Shown here: positions 48,317-49,326 of the stretch, one piece after another
How the letters are laid out: the number at the start of each line of letters is the position of its first letter
Position numbering within the stretch: position 1 is the stretch's first letter
NCBI GenBank assembly: GCA_945875225.1
Contig: CAMCJY010000001.1
Location: forward strand, 1-49,326
From: Comamonas sp. lk
GTDB lineage: Bacteria > Pseudomonadota > Gammaproteobacteria > Burkholderiales > Burkholderiaceae_C
Reading direction: 5' to 3'
Length of the DNA stretch: 49,326 nt
The notes under the pieces: model-generated
What the model was told of the DNA's origin: nothing
Seen by the model: only the letters and a program-made list of their open reading frames with translations
Databases searched by the model: none
Program-made: the position numbers and the translations under genes

Positions 48317-49326
48317 TTATTCCCAGGACAATGCTCCGCCTGATTGGTATTCGATGACGCGGGTCTCAAAGAAGTTGCGCTCCTTCTTGAGGTCTATCAT
48401 TTCGCTCATCCAGGGGAATGGATTCTCTTCATGGGGGAACAAGGCCTCCAAACCAATCTGGGTAGCGCGGCGGTTGGCGATATAGCGCAAATAGCCCTTG
48501 AACATAGACGCGTTCATACCCAACACGCCGCGCGGCATGGTGTCTTCGGCGTAGCGGTATTCAAGCTCGACGGCTTTTTCGAACAAAGCCTTGATTTCGG
48601 CCTTGAATTCCGCCGTCCACAGATGCGGATTTTCCGCCTTGAGTTGGTTGATCAAATCAATGCCGAAATTGCAGTGCATAGACTCGTCGCGCAAAATGTA
48701 CTGGTACTGTTCGGCAGCGCCGGTCATTTTGTTCTGCCGCCCCAATGCCAAGATCTGGGTAAAGCCCACATAAAAGAACAAACCTTCCATCAGGCAGGCG
48801 AACACGATCAGGGACTTGAGCAAGGTCTGGTCAGTTTGCGGCGTACCCGTATGGAAATGCGGGTCCATGATCGCTTCGATAAACGGAATGAGGAACTCGT
48901 CCTTGTCCCGGATCGACTTGACTTCGTTGTAGGCACTGAAGATTTCGCCTTCGTCTAAGCCCAGAGACTCAACGATGTACTGGTAAGCGTGGGTGTGAAT
49001 GGCTTCTTCAAAGGCCTGGCGCAGCAAAAACTGGCGGCACTCGGGTGCCGTGATGTGACGGTAGGTGCCCAGCACAATATTGTTGGCGGCCAGCGAATCT
49101 GCGGTGACAAAAAATCCCAGATTGCGCTTGACCATTCGCCGCTCGTCCTCCGTCAGACCGTTCGGGTCTTTCCAGAGCGCAATATCACGGGTCATATTGA
49201 CCTCTTGGGGCATCCAGTGGTTAGCGCAAGTGGCCAGGTATTTTTCCCAGGCCCATTTGTATTTAAAGGGCACCAACTGATTCACATCGGTCTGGCCGTT
49301 GATGATGCGCTTATCCGAGGCGCGCA
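48317..49326 (-). CDS. nrdB: Class I ribonucleotide reductase beta subunit, 5'-truncated by window edge
   Basis: [41 protein letters not shown]; frame open to window end. Confidence 0.96.
   Translation of the reverse strand, partial: RASDKRIINGQTDVNQLVPFKYKWAWEKYLATCANHWMPQEVNMTRDIALWKDPNGLTEDERRMVKRNLGFFVTADSLAANNIVLGTYRHITAPECRQFLLRQAFEEAIHTHAYQYIVESLGLDEGEIFSAYNEVKSIRDKDEFLIPFIEAIMDPHFHTGTPQTDQTLLKSLIVFACLMEGLFFYVGFTQILALGRQNKMTGAAEQYQYILRDESMHCNFGIDLINQLKAENPHLWTAEFKAEIKALFEKAVELEYRYAEDTMPRGVLGMNASMFKGYLRYIANRRATQIGLEALFPHEENPFPWMSEMIDLKKERNFFETRVIEYQSGGALSWE

Overview
A GC-rich (~60%) betaproteobacterial chromosome segment, Comamonadaceae-like by gene order and protein style. It is mostly core genes: lysA (partial), msrPQ, cytochrome c4, engB, two LpxL-family acyltransferases, metK, a five-gene envelope-glycosylation insert (GT9, GtrA, ArnT-like, membrane protein, BNR/Asp-box protein), pirin, COG0523 GTPase, dksA, the full dcw cluster (mraZ to lpxC), ruvC, mtgA, an RNase II-family gene, rodA, tldD, DAHP synthase, mpl, tlpA, accBC, prmA, a histone H1-like gene and nrdB (partial). 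I saw no mobile element, CRISPR array, tRNA or rRNA. The strongest signals are non-coding or short ORFs missing from the ORF track: (1) a Phe/Tyr/Trp-rich leader peptide with a complete attenuator upstream of DAHP synthase; (2) a 54-codon ORF filling the ftsA-ftsZ gap with an RAGPPP ribosome-arrest-like motif; (3) a SAM-II-like riboswitch with a long inserted hairpin before metK; (4) seven genes with a -10 hexamer exactly 6 nt before the start codon, suggesting leaderless mRNAs; (5) 10-bp-phased MraZ boxes. All calls are by eye; no searches were run.
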